A stretch of DNA of 64,000 bases from an uncultured Clostridium sp. (GTDB lineage Bacteria; Bacillota; Clostridia; TANB77; CAG-508): positions 11,155 to 75,154 of the forward strand of contig CANTGH010000002.1 of assembly GCA_947653235.1 (NCBI GenBank). Direction: 5' to 3'. The notes under the pieces were generated by a model. That model was not told where the DNA came from. It worked only from the letters and a program-made list of their open reading frames with translations, and did no database searches. Below, one piece after another: positions 30,952 through 41,380 of this stretch (positions are counted from its first letter, which is position 1; the number at the start of each line of letters is the position of its first letter). The position numbers and the translations under genes were made by a program.

Positions 30952-32076
30952 ATGGGAAAAATTTATTTGGCTTCTCCTCACATGTCAGATGAAGGATATG
31001 AAAAACAATTTGTAAAAGAAGCATTTGAAACCAATTGGATTGCACCGTTGGGGGAAAATGTAAATAATTTTGAAAAAGAAGTCTGTGCCTATGTTGGAAT
31101 TAAAAATGCTGCTGCTTTGACGAGTGGTACAGCAGGAATTCATTTAGGTTTAAAAGCTCTTGGGATGCAAAAAGAAGATGTTGTTTTTTGTTCTTCGCTT
31201 ACTTTTTCAGCTAGTTGTAATCCGATTTTATATGAAAATGCAACCCCAGTTTTTATAGATAGTGAGCCTGAAACGTGGAATATGAGTCCACAAGCTTTAG
31301 AAAAAGCGTTTGAAAACTATTCTCCCAAAGCTGTAATTGTTGTTCATTTATACGGACATGCTGCTAAAATGGATGAAATTATGGAAATTTGCAATCGACA
31401 TCAAGTACCAGTTTTAGAAGATGCAGCAGAAAGCTTAGGAACGACTTATCAGGGGAAATTTACTGGAACATTTGGAAAATATGGTGTGTTTTCTTTTAAT
31501 GGCAATAAGATTATTACGACAAGTGGAGGCGGAATGGTTGTATCAGACGATGAGAAAGGTATTGAAAAAATCCGATTTTGGGCAACGCAATCTCGTGATC
31601 AAGCACGTTATTATCAGCATTCAGAAATTGGTTACAATTATAGAATGAGTAATGTTTTAGCAGGAATTGGAAGAGGACAGCTGAAGGTTTTGGAAACGAG
31701 AATTGCTCAGAAAAATGCTATTTTTAGGACTTATCGAAAAGCATTTGAAGATATTCCAGAAATTCAAATGCATGAGATAAAAAACGAAGAAAGAACCAAT
31801 AATTGGTTGTCGGTTATGACTGTGAAAGAAGGTTCAAAAGTAAAACCAATGGATATTATTGAGGCTTTAGAAAAAGAAGATATTGAAGCAAGGCTTGTTT
31901 GGAAACCAATGCATTTACAGCCGATATTTGAAAAATATGATTTTTTTAAGCATGATGAAGGAAGAAAAAGCATAGCAGAAGATATTTTTAATCGTGGTGT
32001 TTGTTTGCCATCTGATACGAAAAATACAAAAGAGGATATGGATAACATAATTCAAATCATCAAAAATCTATTTTAG
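30952..32076 (+). CDS. DegT/DnrJ/EryC1/StrS-family sugar aminotransferase (PglE/EpsN-like)
   Basis: PLP-dependent fold; the usual PLP-lysine motif appears as SFNGNK. Confidence 0.75.
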   Translation: MGKIYLASPHMSDEGYEKQFVKEAFETNWIAPLGENVNNFEKEVCAYVGIKNAAALTSGTAGIHLGLKALGMQKEDVVFCSSLTFSASCNPILYENATPVFIDSEPETWNMSPQALEKAFENYSPKAVIVVHLYGHAAKMDEIMEICNRHQVPVLEDAAESLGTTYQGKFTGTFGKYGVFSFNGNKIITTSGGGMVVSDDEKGIEKIRFWATQSRDQARYYQHSEIGYNYRMSNVLAGIGRGQLKVLETRIAQKNAIFRTYRKAFEDIPEIQMHEIKNEERTNNWLSVMTVKEGSKVKPMDIIEALEKEDIEARLVWKPMHLQPIFEKYDFFKHDEGRKSIAEDIFNRGVCLPSDTKNTKEDMDNIIQIIKNLF

Positions 32077-32086
32077 TGGAGAAACT

Positions 32087-32794
32087 ATGTATCAAAAATA
32101 TGTTAAGAGAATATTAGATTGTATATTGAGTTTAGTGGGGTTGATAATGCTCTCACCGATATTTCTACTACTAGCGATTTTCATCCGAGTAAGATTGGGA
32201 AGTCCTGTTATATTTCAGCAAAAAAGACCTGGAAAAGATGGTAAAATTTTTGTTTTATACAAATTTAGAACCATGACCAATCAAAAAGATGAAAAAGGAG
32301 AACTACTTCCAGATGAAGAAAGATTGACCCAATTTGGTAAGTTTTTAAGAAGTACGAGCTTAGATGAATTGCCGGAGTTAGTGAATATTTTGAAGGGAGA
32401 TATGAGTATTGTCGGGCCAAGACCACAACTAATCAAAGATATGGTGTTTATGAATGAAGAACAAAATAAGCGTCATTTAGTAAGACAGGGACTAACGGGT
32501 TTGGCACAAATTAATGGAAGAAATGCAATTACGTGGGAAGATAAGTTGGAATATGATTTGGAATATATCAAGGATATTACTTTTTGGGGAGATGTAAAAA
32601 TATTTTTGAATACGTTTCAAAAGGTATTGAGTAAACAAGATGTTGTAACAGAAGGAATGGAGACGGCAGAGGATTTTGGCGATTATTTGTTGCGAACAAA
32701 ACAGATTACAAAAGAAGAATATGATGTAAAGAATAAAAAAGCAATTGAATTGTTAAAAGAAAGAAGTGAAGAAAATGATCGTATCAAAAAATAA
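32087..32794 (+). CDS. Initiating undecaprenyl-phosphate sugar phosphotransferase (PglC/WbaP-C-terminal-like small sugar transferase)
   Basis: Single N-terminal TM plus the conserved bacterial sugar transferase region (KFRTM...DELP...GDMSIVGPRP). Confidence 0.8.
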   Translation: MYQKYVKRILDCILSLVGLIMLSPIFLLLAIFIRVRLGSPVIFQQKRPGKDGKIFVLYKFRTMTNQKDEKGELLPDEERLTQFGKFLRSTSLDELPELVNILKGDMSIVGPRPQLIKDMVFMNEEQNKRHLVRQGLTGLAQINGRNAITWEDKLEYDLEYIKDITFWGDVKIFLNTFQKVLSKQDVVTEGMETAEDFGDYLLRTKQITKEEYDVKNKKAIELLKERSEENDRIKK

Positions 32795-33812
32795 AAATAA
32801 CACTAAAGTATCTTTAATTGTTCCATTATATAATGAAGAACAGTATATAGAAGGATTTATTGATTCAATATTAGCACAAGAATATGATTTTAATGAAATA
32901 GAAATTCTTTTTATTGATGGTAATTCAAAAGATAAAACAGTAAAAATTATTAATGAAAAATTAAAAAGTAGTGAGATAAATTATAAAATACTGAATAATT
33001 CAAAAAAGATAACGCCAATTTCCTTGAATATGGGAATTAAGGAAGCACAAAACGATATTATCATAAGATTAGATGCACATAGTCAATATCCATCGAATTA
33101 CATAGAAAGATGTGTGTATTACATTAACTGCACAGATGCAGACAATGTAGGGTGTCCGATTAAAACGGAAAGTAGTGGAAAGATAGGAAATGCAATTGCT
33201 TCTGTTTTATCTTCCAAGTTTGGAGTAGGAAATTCAAGTTTTAGAACTGACAAGACAAGTGGTTATGTGGATACTGTTCCATTTGGAACGTTTTATAAAA
33301 AGTTATTTGAAAAAATAGGATATTTTGATGAAAGATTAGAACGAAATCAAGATATTGAAATGAATCGTAGAATATTGAAAAATGGTGGAAAAATATATAT
33401 GTTTAACGATATAGAGTTAATCTATCATCCACGTGATACAATAAAAAAATTGGCTAAAATGGCTTTTAAAAACGGAAAATGGAACATATATACCAGTTAT
33501 ATTGTACCAGGAACTTTAAGATTAAGGCATTTTATTCCATTTATATTTTTTCTATCCTTAATGGTTGGAATTTTATCTATCATATTAAAAATTGGTTGGA
33601 TAAGTGTATTATTTGCAATGGAAATAATAGCGTATTTTGTACTGAATTTATTATTTAGTTTTAAGGGTGGAAAAGAAAAATCATTTGGAGAAAAATTATT
33701 GTGTTTGATAATTTATCCTATATTCCATATAACGTATGGTATGGGAACGTTTTTTGGAATATTTTTTATTTTAAAAAGTGAAATATGGAATATACAGGAG
33801 GAAAAAATATGA
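32766..33812 (+). CDS. Family 2 glycosyltransferase with C-terminal TM helices
   Basis: SLIVPLYNEE and DGNSKD (DxD-like) motifs. Confidence 0.7.
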   Translation: MKKMIVSKNKNNTKVSLIVPLYNEEQYIEGFIDSILAQEYDFNEIEILFIDGNSKDKTVKIINEKLKSSEINYKILNNSKKITPISLNMGIKEAQNDIIIRLDAHSQYPSNYIERCVYYINCTDADNVGCPIKTESSGKIGNAIASVLSSKFGVGNSSFRTDKTSGYVDTVPFGTFYKKLFEKIGYFDERLERNQDIEMNRRILKNGGKIYMFNDIELIYHPRDTIKKLAKMAFKNGKWNIYTSYIVPGTLRLRHFIPFIFFLSLMVGILSIILKIGWISVLFAMEIIAYFVLNLLFSFKGGKEKSFGEKLLCLIIYPIFHITYGMGTFFGIFFILKSEIWNIQEEKI

Positions 33813-34897
33813 AATATGCATTAATTGGATGTGGCAGAATTTCGCCCAATCATTTGGAAGCAGCTATTAACAATAAACTAGAAATCGTTGGGTTGTGTGA
33901 TTTGGTGCCAGAGCATATCAAAATTTTATTGCAAAAACTAGAAATGGAAAAAGAAAATTTTCCTGAATATGTAGATTATCATCAAATGTTACAAGAACAA
34001 AAACCAGAGTTGGTAGCCATTGCTACAGAAAGTGGAGAACATACCCAAATTGCTTTGGATTGCTTAGAAGCAGGCTGTCATGTGATTATTGAAAAGCCAA
34101 TTGCACTGTCTTTGGAAGATGCTGATAAAATCATTGCGAAAGCAAAAGAAAAAGATTTGGTGGTATGTGCCAATCATCAAAATCGTTTTAACAAATCGAT
34201 TCAGAAAATTCGAGAAGCAGTTGAAAGTGGCGATTTTGGAAAAATGTTGTATGGCACAGCTCATATTCGTTGGAATCGTGGTCCCGAGTATTACAAACAA
34301 GCACCATGGCGAGGAACGTGGGCGCAAGATGGTGGCGCACTTATGAATCAATGTATTCATAACATTGATTTATTAAGATGGATGCTAGGAGATGAGATAA
34401 CAGAAGTTTTTGCTTATACCGATAACTTAAATCATGATTTTATCGAAGCAGAAGATTTAGGTTTAGCGATTATCAAATTTAAAAATGGCTCTTATGGCAT
34501 GATAGAAGGTACTACGAATATTTATCCGAAAAATCTAGAAGAAACTTTATATTTATTTGGACAAAAAGGAACTGTAAAAGCAGGTGGAAAATCGGTGAAT
34601 ATCATTGAAGAATGGTGTTTTGAAGGCCAGACCGAAAATTCAGAAGAAGTTAAAGCAAAAAACAGCGAAATGCCTCAGAACGTGTATGGGTTTGGACATA
34701 CGCCGCTTTATCAAAATGTTATTGAAGCGATTGAAAGTCACACCCAACCGTTGGTAGACGCGGAAGCAGGAAGAAGAGCATTAGAACTAGTGCTAGCTAT
34801 TTATCAGTCGGCAGCGACTGGAAAACCAGTAAAATTGCCATTAGAAAAATGTGCAACTATGGATTTTGTTGGAAGATTTGATAAAAAGGAAGATTAA
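33809..34897 (+). CDS. Gfo/Idh/MocA-family oxidoreductase (WbpB-like UDP-GlcNAcA 3-dehydrogenase)
   Basis: NAD-binding N-terminus MKYALIGCGRIS. AGGAGG RBS. Confidence 0.7.
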   Translation: MKYALIGCGRISPNHLEAAINNKLEIVGLCDLVPEHIKILLQKLEMEKENFPEYVDYHQMLQEQKPELVAIATESGEHTQIALDCLEAGCHVIIEKPIALSLEDADKIIAKAKEKDLVVCANHQNRFNKSIQKIREAVESGDFGKMLYGTAHIRWNRGPEYYKQAPWRGTWAQDGGALMNQCIHNIDLLRWMLGDEITEVFAYTDNLNHDFIEAEDLGLAIIKFKNGSYGMIEGTTNIYPKNLEETLYLFGQKGTVKAGGKSVNIIEEWCFEGQTENSEEVKAKNSEMPQNVYGFGHTPLYQNVIEAIESHTQPLVDAEAGRRALELVLAIYQSAATGKPVKLPLEKCATMDFVGRFDKKED

Positions 34898-34899
34898 AA

Positions 34900-36045
34900 A
34901 TGGAGTTTATTGATTTAAAATCACAATATCAAAAATTGAAACAGGAGATTGATTGCCATATGCAAGAAGTTTTAAACGACGGAAGCTATATTATGGGCAA
35001 ACAAGTGAAAATATTAGAAGAAGAATTGGCGAAGTATGTCGGTGTAAAATATTGTGCGACTTGTGCTAATGGAACCGATGCTTTGCAAATGGCTCTTATG
35101 GCACTAGAAATTACAACAACAGATGCCGTATTTGTACCAGATTTCACTTTTTATGCGACAGCAGAGGTGGTTTCACTAATCGGCGCCAAACCGATTTTTG
35201 TGGATGTAGAAGAAAGAACCTTTAACATGGACCCAGAAAAATTGGAAAAAGCCATTCAAAATGTCATAAAAGAAGGAAAATGGACGCTAAAAGCGGTGAT
35301 TCCAGTGGATTTATTTGGGCAACCAGCGGATTTTGAAAAAATCCAAAAAATTGCGCAAAAGTATGATTTAACAATAATTGAAGATGGTGCACAAGGTTTG
35401 GGTGGCGAATGCAAAGGTAAAAAGGCGTGTTCTTTTGGCGATATCGGAACGACATCGTTTTTTCCAGCGAAACCACTTGGTTGTTATGGAGATGGAGGCG
35501 CTGTTTTTACAGATGATGAAGAATTGTATCGTAAAATAACGTCAATTCGTGTTCATGGCAAAGGAGAATTCAAATATGACAATATTCGAGTTGGCATGAA
35601 TTCGAGATTAGATACTCTTCAGGCGGCCATATTGTTGCCTAAATTAAAGGCATTTCAGGAATACGAATTGGCACAAAGAAACAAATTTGCGCAAATGTAT
35701 GAACAAAAATTGAAAGATTATGTCCAAACGCCGATTGTGAAAGAAGATTTTTATAGTAGTTGGGCGCAATATACGATCCTTTTAAATTCCAAGGAAGAAC
35801 GTGATTTTGTCCAAACAAAGTTAAAAGAAGTGGGTATTCCAAGTATGGTTTATTATCCAAAGCCTTTACATAAACAAGTTGTTTATCAGACTTACGATTT
35901 TCATTTGGAGGACTTAAAAGTGAGTGAACATTTAAGTAGAACGGTTCTTAGTTTACCAATGCATCCGTATTTGACGGAAGAATTGGTGGAGACTGTTTGC
36001 AATAAAGTGATTGAAATTATAGGAGAGTTTCGAAATGGAAAATAA
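34900..36045 (+). CDS. DegT-family aminotransferase (WbpE-like)
   Basis: PLP-dependent fold. Position directly after the WbpB-like gene. Confidence 0.7.
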   Translation: MEFIDLKSQYQKLKQEIDCHMQEVLNDGSYIMGKQVKILEEELAKYVGVKYCATCANGTDALQMALMALEITTTDAVFVPDFTFYATAEVVSLIGAKPIFVDVEERTFNMDPEKLEKAIQNVIKEGKWTLKAVIPVDLFGQPADFEKIQKIAQKYDLTIIEDGAQGLGGECKGKKACSFGDIGTTSFFPAKPLGCYGDGGAVFTDDEELYRKITSIRVHGKGEFKYDNIRVGMNSRLDTLQAAILLPKLKAFQEYELAQRNKFAQMYEQKLKDYVQTPIVKEDFYSSWAQYTILLNSKEERDFVQTKLKEVGIPSMVYYPKPLHKQVVYQTYDFHLEDLKVSEHLSRTVLSLPMHPYLTEELVETVCNKVIEIIGEFRNGK

Positions 36046-36616
36046 GGAATATTTTGTCCACGAATCGAGTTATGTGGACGAGCCATGTGACATTGGGAAG
36101 GGAACGAAAATATGGCATTTTTCACATATTATGGCACATTCGAAAATTGGAGAAAATTGCAATATTGGTCAAAATGTAGTGATTTCGCCAGAGGTTGTGC
36201 TGGGAAATTGCGTAAAAGTGCAAAATAATGTTTCAATCTATACAGGTGTAGTGTGCGAAGAAGATGTATTCTTAGGGCCTTCCTGTGTATTTACAAATGT
36301 GATAAATCCAAGAAGTTTTATTGTGCGAAAAGAAGAGTTTCGAAGAACGATTATCCGCAAGGGAGCTTCGATTGGAGCCAATAGCACGATTGTGTGTGGT
36401 CATGAAATTGGTCAATATGCTTTTGTAGGAGCTGGTAGTGTGGTGACAAAAGATGTTCCAGATTATGCATTAGTGGTTGGAAATCCTGCTACCATAAAAT
36501 ATTATGTTTGTGAATGTTCAGAAAAGATGGAATTTGTAGAAAATCGTTTTGAGTGTCCCAAATGTGGTAAGAAATATAGAATAGATGAAGGAAAAGTGGA
36601 GGAAGTTGAAAAATGA
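36035..36616 (+). CDS. Hexapeptide-repeat N-acetyltransferase (WbpD-like) with a C-terminal CxxC...CxxC tail
   Basis: Left-handed beta-helix repeats, then CECSEKMEFVENRFECPKCGKKY. Confidence 0.65.
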   Translation: MENKEYFVHESSYVDEPCDIGKGTKIWHFSHIMAHSKIGENCNIGQNVVISPEVVLGNCVKVQNNVSIYTGVVCEEDVFLGPSCVFTNVINPRSFIVRKEEFRRTIIRKGASIGANSTIVCGHEIGQYAFVGAGSVVTKDVPDYALVVGNPATIKYYVCECSEKMEFVENRFECPKCGKKYRIDEGKVEEVEK

Positions 36617-37935
36617 GTATGAAAGAAAGATTAACTAAGAAAATTGAGAATAAAGAAATGATAGTTGGTGTGATTGGTTTAGGCTATGTTGGCTTGCCGT
36701 TGGCAGTTGAAAAGGCGAAAGCTGGTTTTCGAACCATTGGGTTTGATGTGCAAGATGAAAAAGTAAATTTAGTAAATGAGGGACACAATTATATTGGTGA
36801 TGTGGTTGACAGTGATTTGGAAGAATTAGTCAAAAGTGGTAAGTTGTCGGCTACGACGGATTTTAGTTTTGTGAAAGATGTGGATTTTATTGCGATTTGT
36901 GTTCCGACACCACTAGATAGCCATCAGCAGCCAGATATTAGTTATGTGAAGAGTAGTGCGGAGTCGCTTGCAAAGTATTTGACAAAGAATACAATCGTAG
37001 TGTTGGAGTCGACGACGTATCCAGGGACAACAGAGGGGTTGTTGAAGCCAATTTTGGAAAATGGCTCTGGTTTAACTTGTGGGGAGGATTTTTATTTGGG
37101 ATTTTCACCAGAAAGAGTGGATCCAGGAAATGCAGTTTATAAAACGAAAAATACGCCAAAGGTAGTTGGCGGGATTGGAAAAGAAGCAACAGAAGTGATT
37201 GCGAAGATGTACCGAGCGGTATTAGGAGCTGAAATTTATGAAGTGTCTTCACCAGCGGTGGCGGAAATGGAAAAAATTTTGGAGAATACGTATCGCAATA
37301 TCAATATTGGTTTGGTGAATGAACTGACGATGTTGTGTCATAAGATGGGAATTAGTATGTGGGAAGTTGTGGATAGTGCGAATTCAAAGCCGTATGGATT
37401 TCAGGCATTTTATCCAGGACCTGGATTGGGAGGTCATTGTATTCCGCTTGACCCATATTATTTGGATTGGAAAGCAAGAGAATATGGATTTCATACATCG
37501 ATGATACAAGCGTCTGGTATGATCAATGATAAAATGCCAGAATATTGTATAGAAAGAGCAAGTAAGATTTTGGGCAGAGCACAAAAATCAATGAATGGAG
37601 CAAAAGTGTTGGTTTTGGGTGTTGCTTATAAAAATGATATTGATGATTATAGAGAAAGTCCAGCATTGCGAGTGATTGAGCTTTTGGAACAAGAAAAGGC
37701 AAATGTGGATTGGTTTGATCCATGGATTTCAGAATATAAATATAAAGGAGAAAAACATCAAAGCAGGCTTACCAAAATCGATGAGCAGGTTTTGCAGGAA
37801 TATGATTTAGTTATGATTACAGCGGCTCATTCTAAGTTTGATTATGAGATGATTGCGAAAAATGCGAGGGCAATTTTTGATACGAGAAATGCGATGAAGA
37901 GTGTGGAGAATAGGGAGAAGATTGAGTTGTTGTAG
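36613..37935 (+). CDS. UDP-N-acetyl-D-glucosamine/mannosamine 6-dehydrogenase (WbpA/WecC family)
   Basis: GxGYVG N-terminal Rossmann motif and catalytic GGHCIP. Confidence 0.8.
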   Translation: MSMKERLTKKIENKEMIVGVIGLGYVGLPLAVEKAKAGFRTIGFDVQDEKVNLVNEGHNYIGDVVDSDLEELVKSGKLSATTDFSFVKDVDFIAICVPTPLDSHQQPDISYVKSSAESLAKYLTKNTIVVLESTTYPGTTEGLLKPILENGSGLTCGEDFYLGFSPERVDPGNAVYKTKNTPKVVGGIGKEATEVIAKMYRAVLGAEIYEVSSPAVAEMEKILENTYRNINIGLVNELTMLCHKMGISMWEVVDSANSKPYGFQAFYPGPGLGGHCIPLDPYYLDWKAREYGFHTSMIQASGMINDKMPEYCIERASKILGRAQKSMNGAKVLVLGVAYKNDIDDYRESPALRVIELLEQEKANVDWFDPWISEYKYKGEKHQSRLTKIDEQVLQEYDLVMITAAHSKFDYEMIAKNARAIFDTRNAMKSVENREKIELL

Positions 37936-37944
37936 GAGGAGAGA

Positions 37945-39027
37945 ATGAAAGTAATTATGATTTTGACGAATGGATTTGATCCAGATGTGAGAGTATATAA
38001 AGAAGCAAAATACCTTGTTTCCAAGGGATTTGAGGTAACCATTCTTTGTTGGGATAGAAAATGCGAATATTCGTCTAAAATAGAAGAGGTAGTGGATGGG
38101 ATTCAAATTAAAAGATTTGAAATACCGTCTAAACCAGGAACAGGATTTAAGCAGATTGTACCATATTTAAAGTTTATGAAGCAAGTGAGAAAATATTTGA
38201 AAGATGAAAAATATGAGTATTTGCATTGTCATGATTTTGATGGTATACTTGTAGGAATGTTGGTGAAGGAAAGAAAAAAGAAGAAACTAATATTTGACAT
38301 GCATGAAGTGTATACTCATTATGCTTATGCCAAAAATGTATTTTTTAAGAGTTGCTTTAAATTTGTTTTGAGAAGAGTAAATTACATTATTTATGTAAAT
38401 GATGAACAAATAAAAAATATTACGGAAAAAGAAAAATTAGTATTTTTACCGAATTATCCAGAAATAAAGACATATTTACCGATTGAAAAAAAGAAACAAG
38501 ATAAGATGACAATTAATTATATTGGAAGTTTGAGGGATTATACAGCTTTGAAGGCATTGGCGGATTTGGCTATCCAAAGAGAAGATTTGAAAATTGGATT
38601 ATATGGTATAGGTGTGTGCTATGATAAATTGCGAGAAGAATATAAAGATACGAGAGTTAAAGTTTTTGGAAAATATAATGGAATAGAACAAAGTGGAGAA
38701 ATTTATCGAAATACAGATATTTTATATTGTTCTTATAATCCAGAGGTTGAGAATTGGAAAAATGCCTATCCAGTAAAATTATTTGAAGCGATTGTTACTT
38801 TGACACCAATCGTTGTTTCTAAAGATACAAAGGTAGGTGAATTTGTTAGAGAAAAGGGGATTGGGGAACTTATAGAATATGGAAAGGGACAATCAATTGA
38901 GATGGCAATTTCAAAGATAATGACTCATTATGATGAATATGTTAAAAATTTGAAGAAGATAACAGATGATTATTGTTTGGAAAGAGTGATATTAAATCTA
39001 GACAAAATTTATAAGGAGAAAGGATAG
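37945..39027 (+). CDS. Group 1 (GT4) glycosyltransferase
   Basis: GT-B fold architecture, 360 aa. Confidence 0.6.
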   Translation: MKVIMILTNGFDPDVRVYKEAKYLVSKGFEVTILCWDRKCEYSSKIEEVVDGIQIKRFEIPSKPGTGFKQIVPYLKFMKQVRKYLKDEKYEYLHCHDFDGILVGMLVKERKKKKLIFDMHEVYTHYAYAKNVFFKSCFKFVLRRVNYIIYVNDEQIKNITEKEKLVFLPNYPEIKTYLPIEKKKQDKMTINYIGSLRDYTALKALADLAIQREDLKIGLYGIGVCYDKLREEYKDTRVKVFGKYNGIEQSGEIYRNTDILYCSYNPEVENWKNAYPVKLFEAIVTLTPIVVSKDTKVGEFVREKGIGELIEYGKGQSIEMAISKIMTHYDEYVKNLKKITDDYCLERVILNLDKIYKEKG

Positions 39028-40221
39028 ATGAAGAAAACAATTGTTATTTTAACCCATGTGACATTTGATGATTCGCCCTATTGTAAATATGTCCATAGCC
39101 ATGCGAAAGCTTTGGTGGAACAAGGGTATCATGTTATTGTGTTAGCGGTTATTCATTGGTTGCCCATCTTGTCCAATTTTCAAAGATATAAACAAGATTT
39201 TATGAAAAGGATTAAAAATAGCGATAAGAAACAAATCATCGATGGGGTAGAAGTGATTTATCAAAAGGCATATTCTTTTTCAAATTTATGGTATGATTCA
39301 GCTGTTAATTTGAATGGGATTTTGTATTATAAGAGTATCAAAAAGACAATGGAAAAGATTATGCAGGAAAATGAGGTTGTGTTGATTGATGCACATACGT
39401 TTAAAGTAGAAGGGTATGTTGCGTATTGCTTAAAAAAGAAGTATGCCAATATTAAGACAACGGTTACGTTGCATGGAACAAGTTTTTATAGAAATTTGAA
39501 TACTCAAAATGGAATAAAGCAGATTAAAAAGGTATTTCAAAGAGTTGATTATGCGATATGTGTGAGTGAAAGAATAAAAAAACAAATCAATGCACTTGGT
39601 GTTGAGAATACAAAAGTAGTTTATAATGGAATCAATCAATATCATTTAGAAGCTGTGGATAAGGAAGAAAATCGATATAATATTTTAACAGTAGCAGGTT
39701 TTGTTAGACGAAAAAATATTGATTTGATACTTAAATCGGTGAAAATAGTATTGAACAAGTATAAAAATGTTAAATTGACAATTGTTGGCGAAGGAATAGA
39801 AAGAGCCAATCTAGAAAAATTGGTAGCTGAACTGAAAATGACAGAAAATGTAATTTTTATGGGAGAAATACCAAATCATGAAGTACAAAAGCTAATGAAT
39901 GAAAACTACCTTTTTATTTTGACAAGTGTTGCAGAAGGGTTTGGGATTGTATATCCAGAAGCAATGCGTGCGGGTTGTATCACGATTGGGACCAAGAATG
40001 AAGGGATTGATGGTTTTCTGAAAGATGGAGAAAATGGGTTTTTAGTCAATCCAGATGTAGAAGAAATTGCGAAATTGATAAAACAAATCTATGAAGGAAA
40101 ATTTGATTTGGAAAAAATGAGAGGAAAAGCAATGGAGGCCGTTAAGGAACTAACATGGGAAAATAATGTAAAAGGATATATAGAAATATTTGAGGATAAT
40201 GATGAAAGAAAAAATAAATAA
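39028..40221 (+). CDS. Group 1 (GT4) glycosyltransferase
   Basis: EGFGIV...E motif of the GT4 C-terminal domain. Confidence 0.7.
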   Translation: MKKTIVILTHVTFDDSPYCKYVHSHAKALVEQGYHVIVLAVIHWLPILSNFQRYKQDFMKRIKNSDKKQIIDGVEVIYQKAYSFSNLWYDSAVNLNGILYYKSIKKTMEKIMQENEVVLIDAHTFKVEGYVAYCLKKKYANIKTTVTLHGTSFYRNLNTQNGIKQIKKVFQRVDYAICVSERIKKQINALGVENTKVVYNGINQYHLEAVDKEENRYNILTVAGFVRRKNIDLILKSVKIVLNKYKNVKLTIVGEGIERANLEKLVAELKMTENVIFMGEIPNHEVQKLMNENYLFILTSVAEGFGIVYPEAMRAGCITIGTKNEGIDGFLKDGENGFLVNPDVEEIAKLIKQIYEGKFDLEKMRGKAMEAVKELTWENNVKGYIEIFEDNDERKNK

Positions 40222-41380
40222 AATAAGCTTGTATATCATAGCAGTTATTATTATATTAAGATATACATATTTAACAGAAATAGCAACTTTTGATGTTTTG
40301 AGTATTGTGTTATTTGCATTATCTGGTGTTGTGAATGTATTGCTTTTTTGGAACGAGATTGATATAAGAAAGTGGGTAAAAAATAATATTTTTATTGTAG
40401 TATATTTTATATTAAATATACTTTCACTTCTTTTTTTGGAACATAAAATTTTATTAGGAAAAGAATTGATTTATGAAGTTTATTTTGTTATATTAGTTTA
40501 TGAAATCTATAGAAAAGATAAAGAATATCTAAAAAATTTGTTTTTAAATTTGATTTTATGCAATAGTTTGATGAATTGGTTTGTTTTCTTATTGAAAATT
40601 TGTGGAGTAGATGAATATAATTTTTTAATTTATACAAATCCAAATGCAATGGGTGGTTTTACGTGCATTTGCTTGCTTATTTTTTTGCAGTTTTTTAGAA
40701 AAAAAGTAAATAAAATAGTTGTAATAGGATATGTAATATTTTCAGTTGTGATGTTGTTAATATCAGAATCAAGATCGCCTTTAATCATGTTGAGTGTGTA
40801 TTTTTTACAAGTAATTATTTTAAAATATAAAATTTTTTCGATACAGAAATTAAAAAAATATTATGTAGGAGCAATTCAACTTTTTTTATTAGGAATTATA
40901 GTATTTTCTAATATGATGTATCAAAATATTGTTCCATCAACGCTAGAAAATCTTGTAAATGAGTTTTCTACAAATCGATATAATTTATGGAAATATACGA
41001 TTTTATCGGTTAATAAACAACCAATTACAGGCGTAGGCGAAGCCAATATTGGGGAAAAGAGATTTGAAGAACTTCCTAAAATTATGTTAAATTTCATAAA
41101 AGGAAAAAGAGCAGAAATGATGCAGAAAAATAATTGTCATAATGGATTTATTCAAATAATGGCGTCTCATGGATATTTAGCTTATGTGTTATTTATGATA
41201 TGGTTTTATCAAAGAGTAAAGAAAGTTTCAATGAAACAATTTTTGATAATTAGTAGTATTTTAGCATTAAACTTATTTGAAAATCAGTTTATGACATCAA
41301 ATAATATTAGTATATTTTTGCTGATGTATTTATTAAACACAAACCAATGTAAAATCAAAATATATAAAGGAGAAAAATGA
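40199..41380 (+). CDS. O-antigen/polysaccharide polymerase or ligase-like (Wzy-type) membrane protein
   Basis: More than ten TM helices with a large loop near the C-terminus. Sits between the glycosyltransferases and the flippase. Confidence 0.55.
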   Translation: MMKEKINKISLYIIAVIIILRYTYLTEIATFDVLSIVLFALSGVVNVLLFWNEIDIRKWVKNNIFIVVYFILNILSLLFLEHKILLGKELIYEVYFVILVYEIYRKDKEYLKNLFLNLILCNSLMNWFVFLLKICGVDEYNFLIYTNPNAMGGFTCICLLIFLQFFRKKVNKIVVIGYVIFSVVMLLISESRSPLIMLSVYFLQVIILKYKIFSIQKLKKYYVGAIQLFLLGIIVFSNMMYQNIVPSTLENLVNEFSTNRYNLWKYTILSVNKQPITGVGEANIGEKRFEELPKIMLNFIKGKRAEMMQKNNCHNGFIQIMASHGYLAYVLFMIWFYQRVKKVSMKQFLIISSILALNLFENQFMTSNNISIFLLMYLLNTNQCKIKIYKGEK

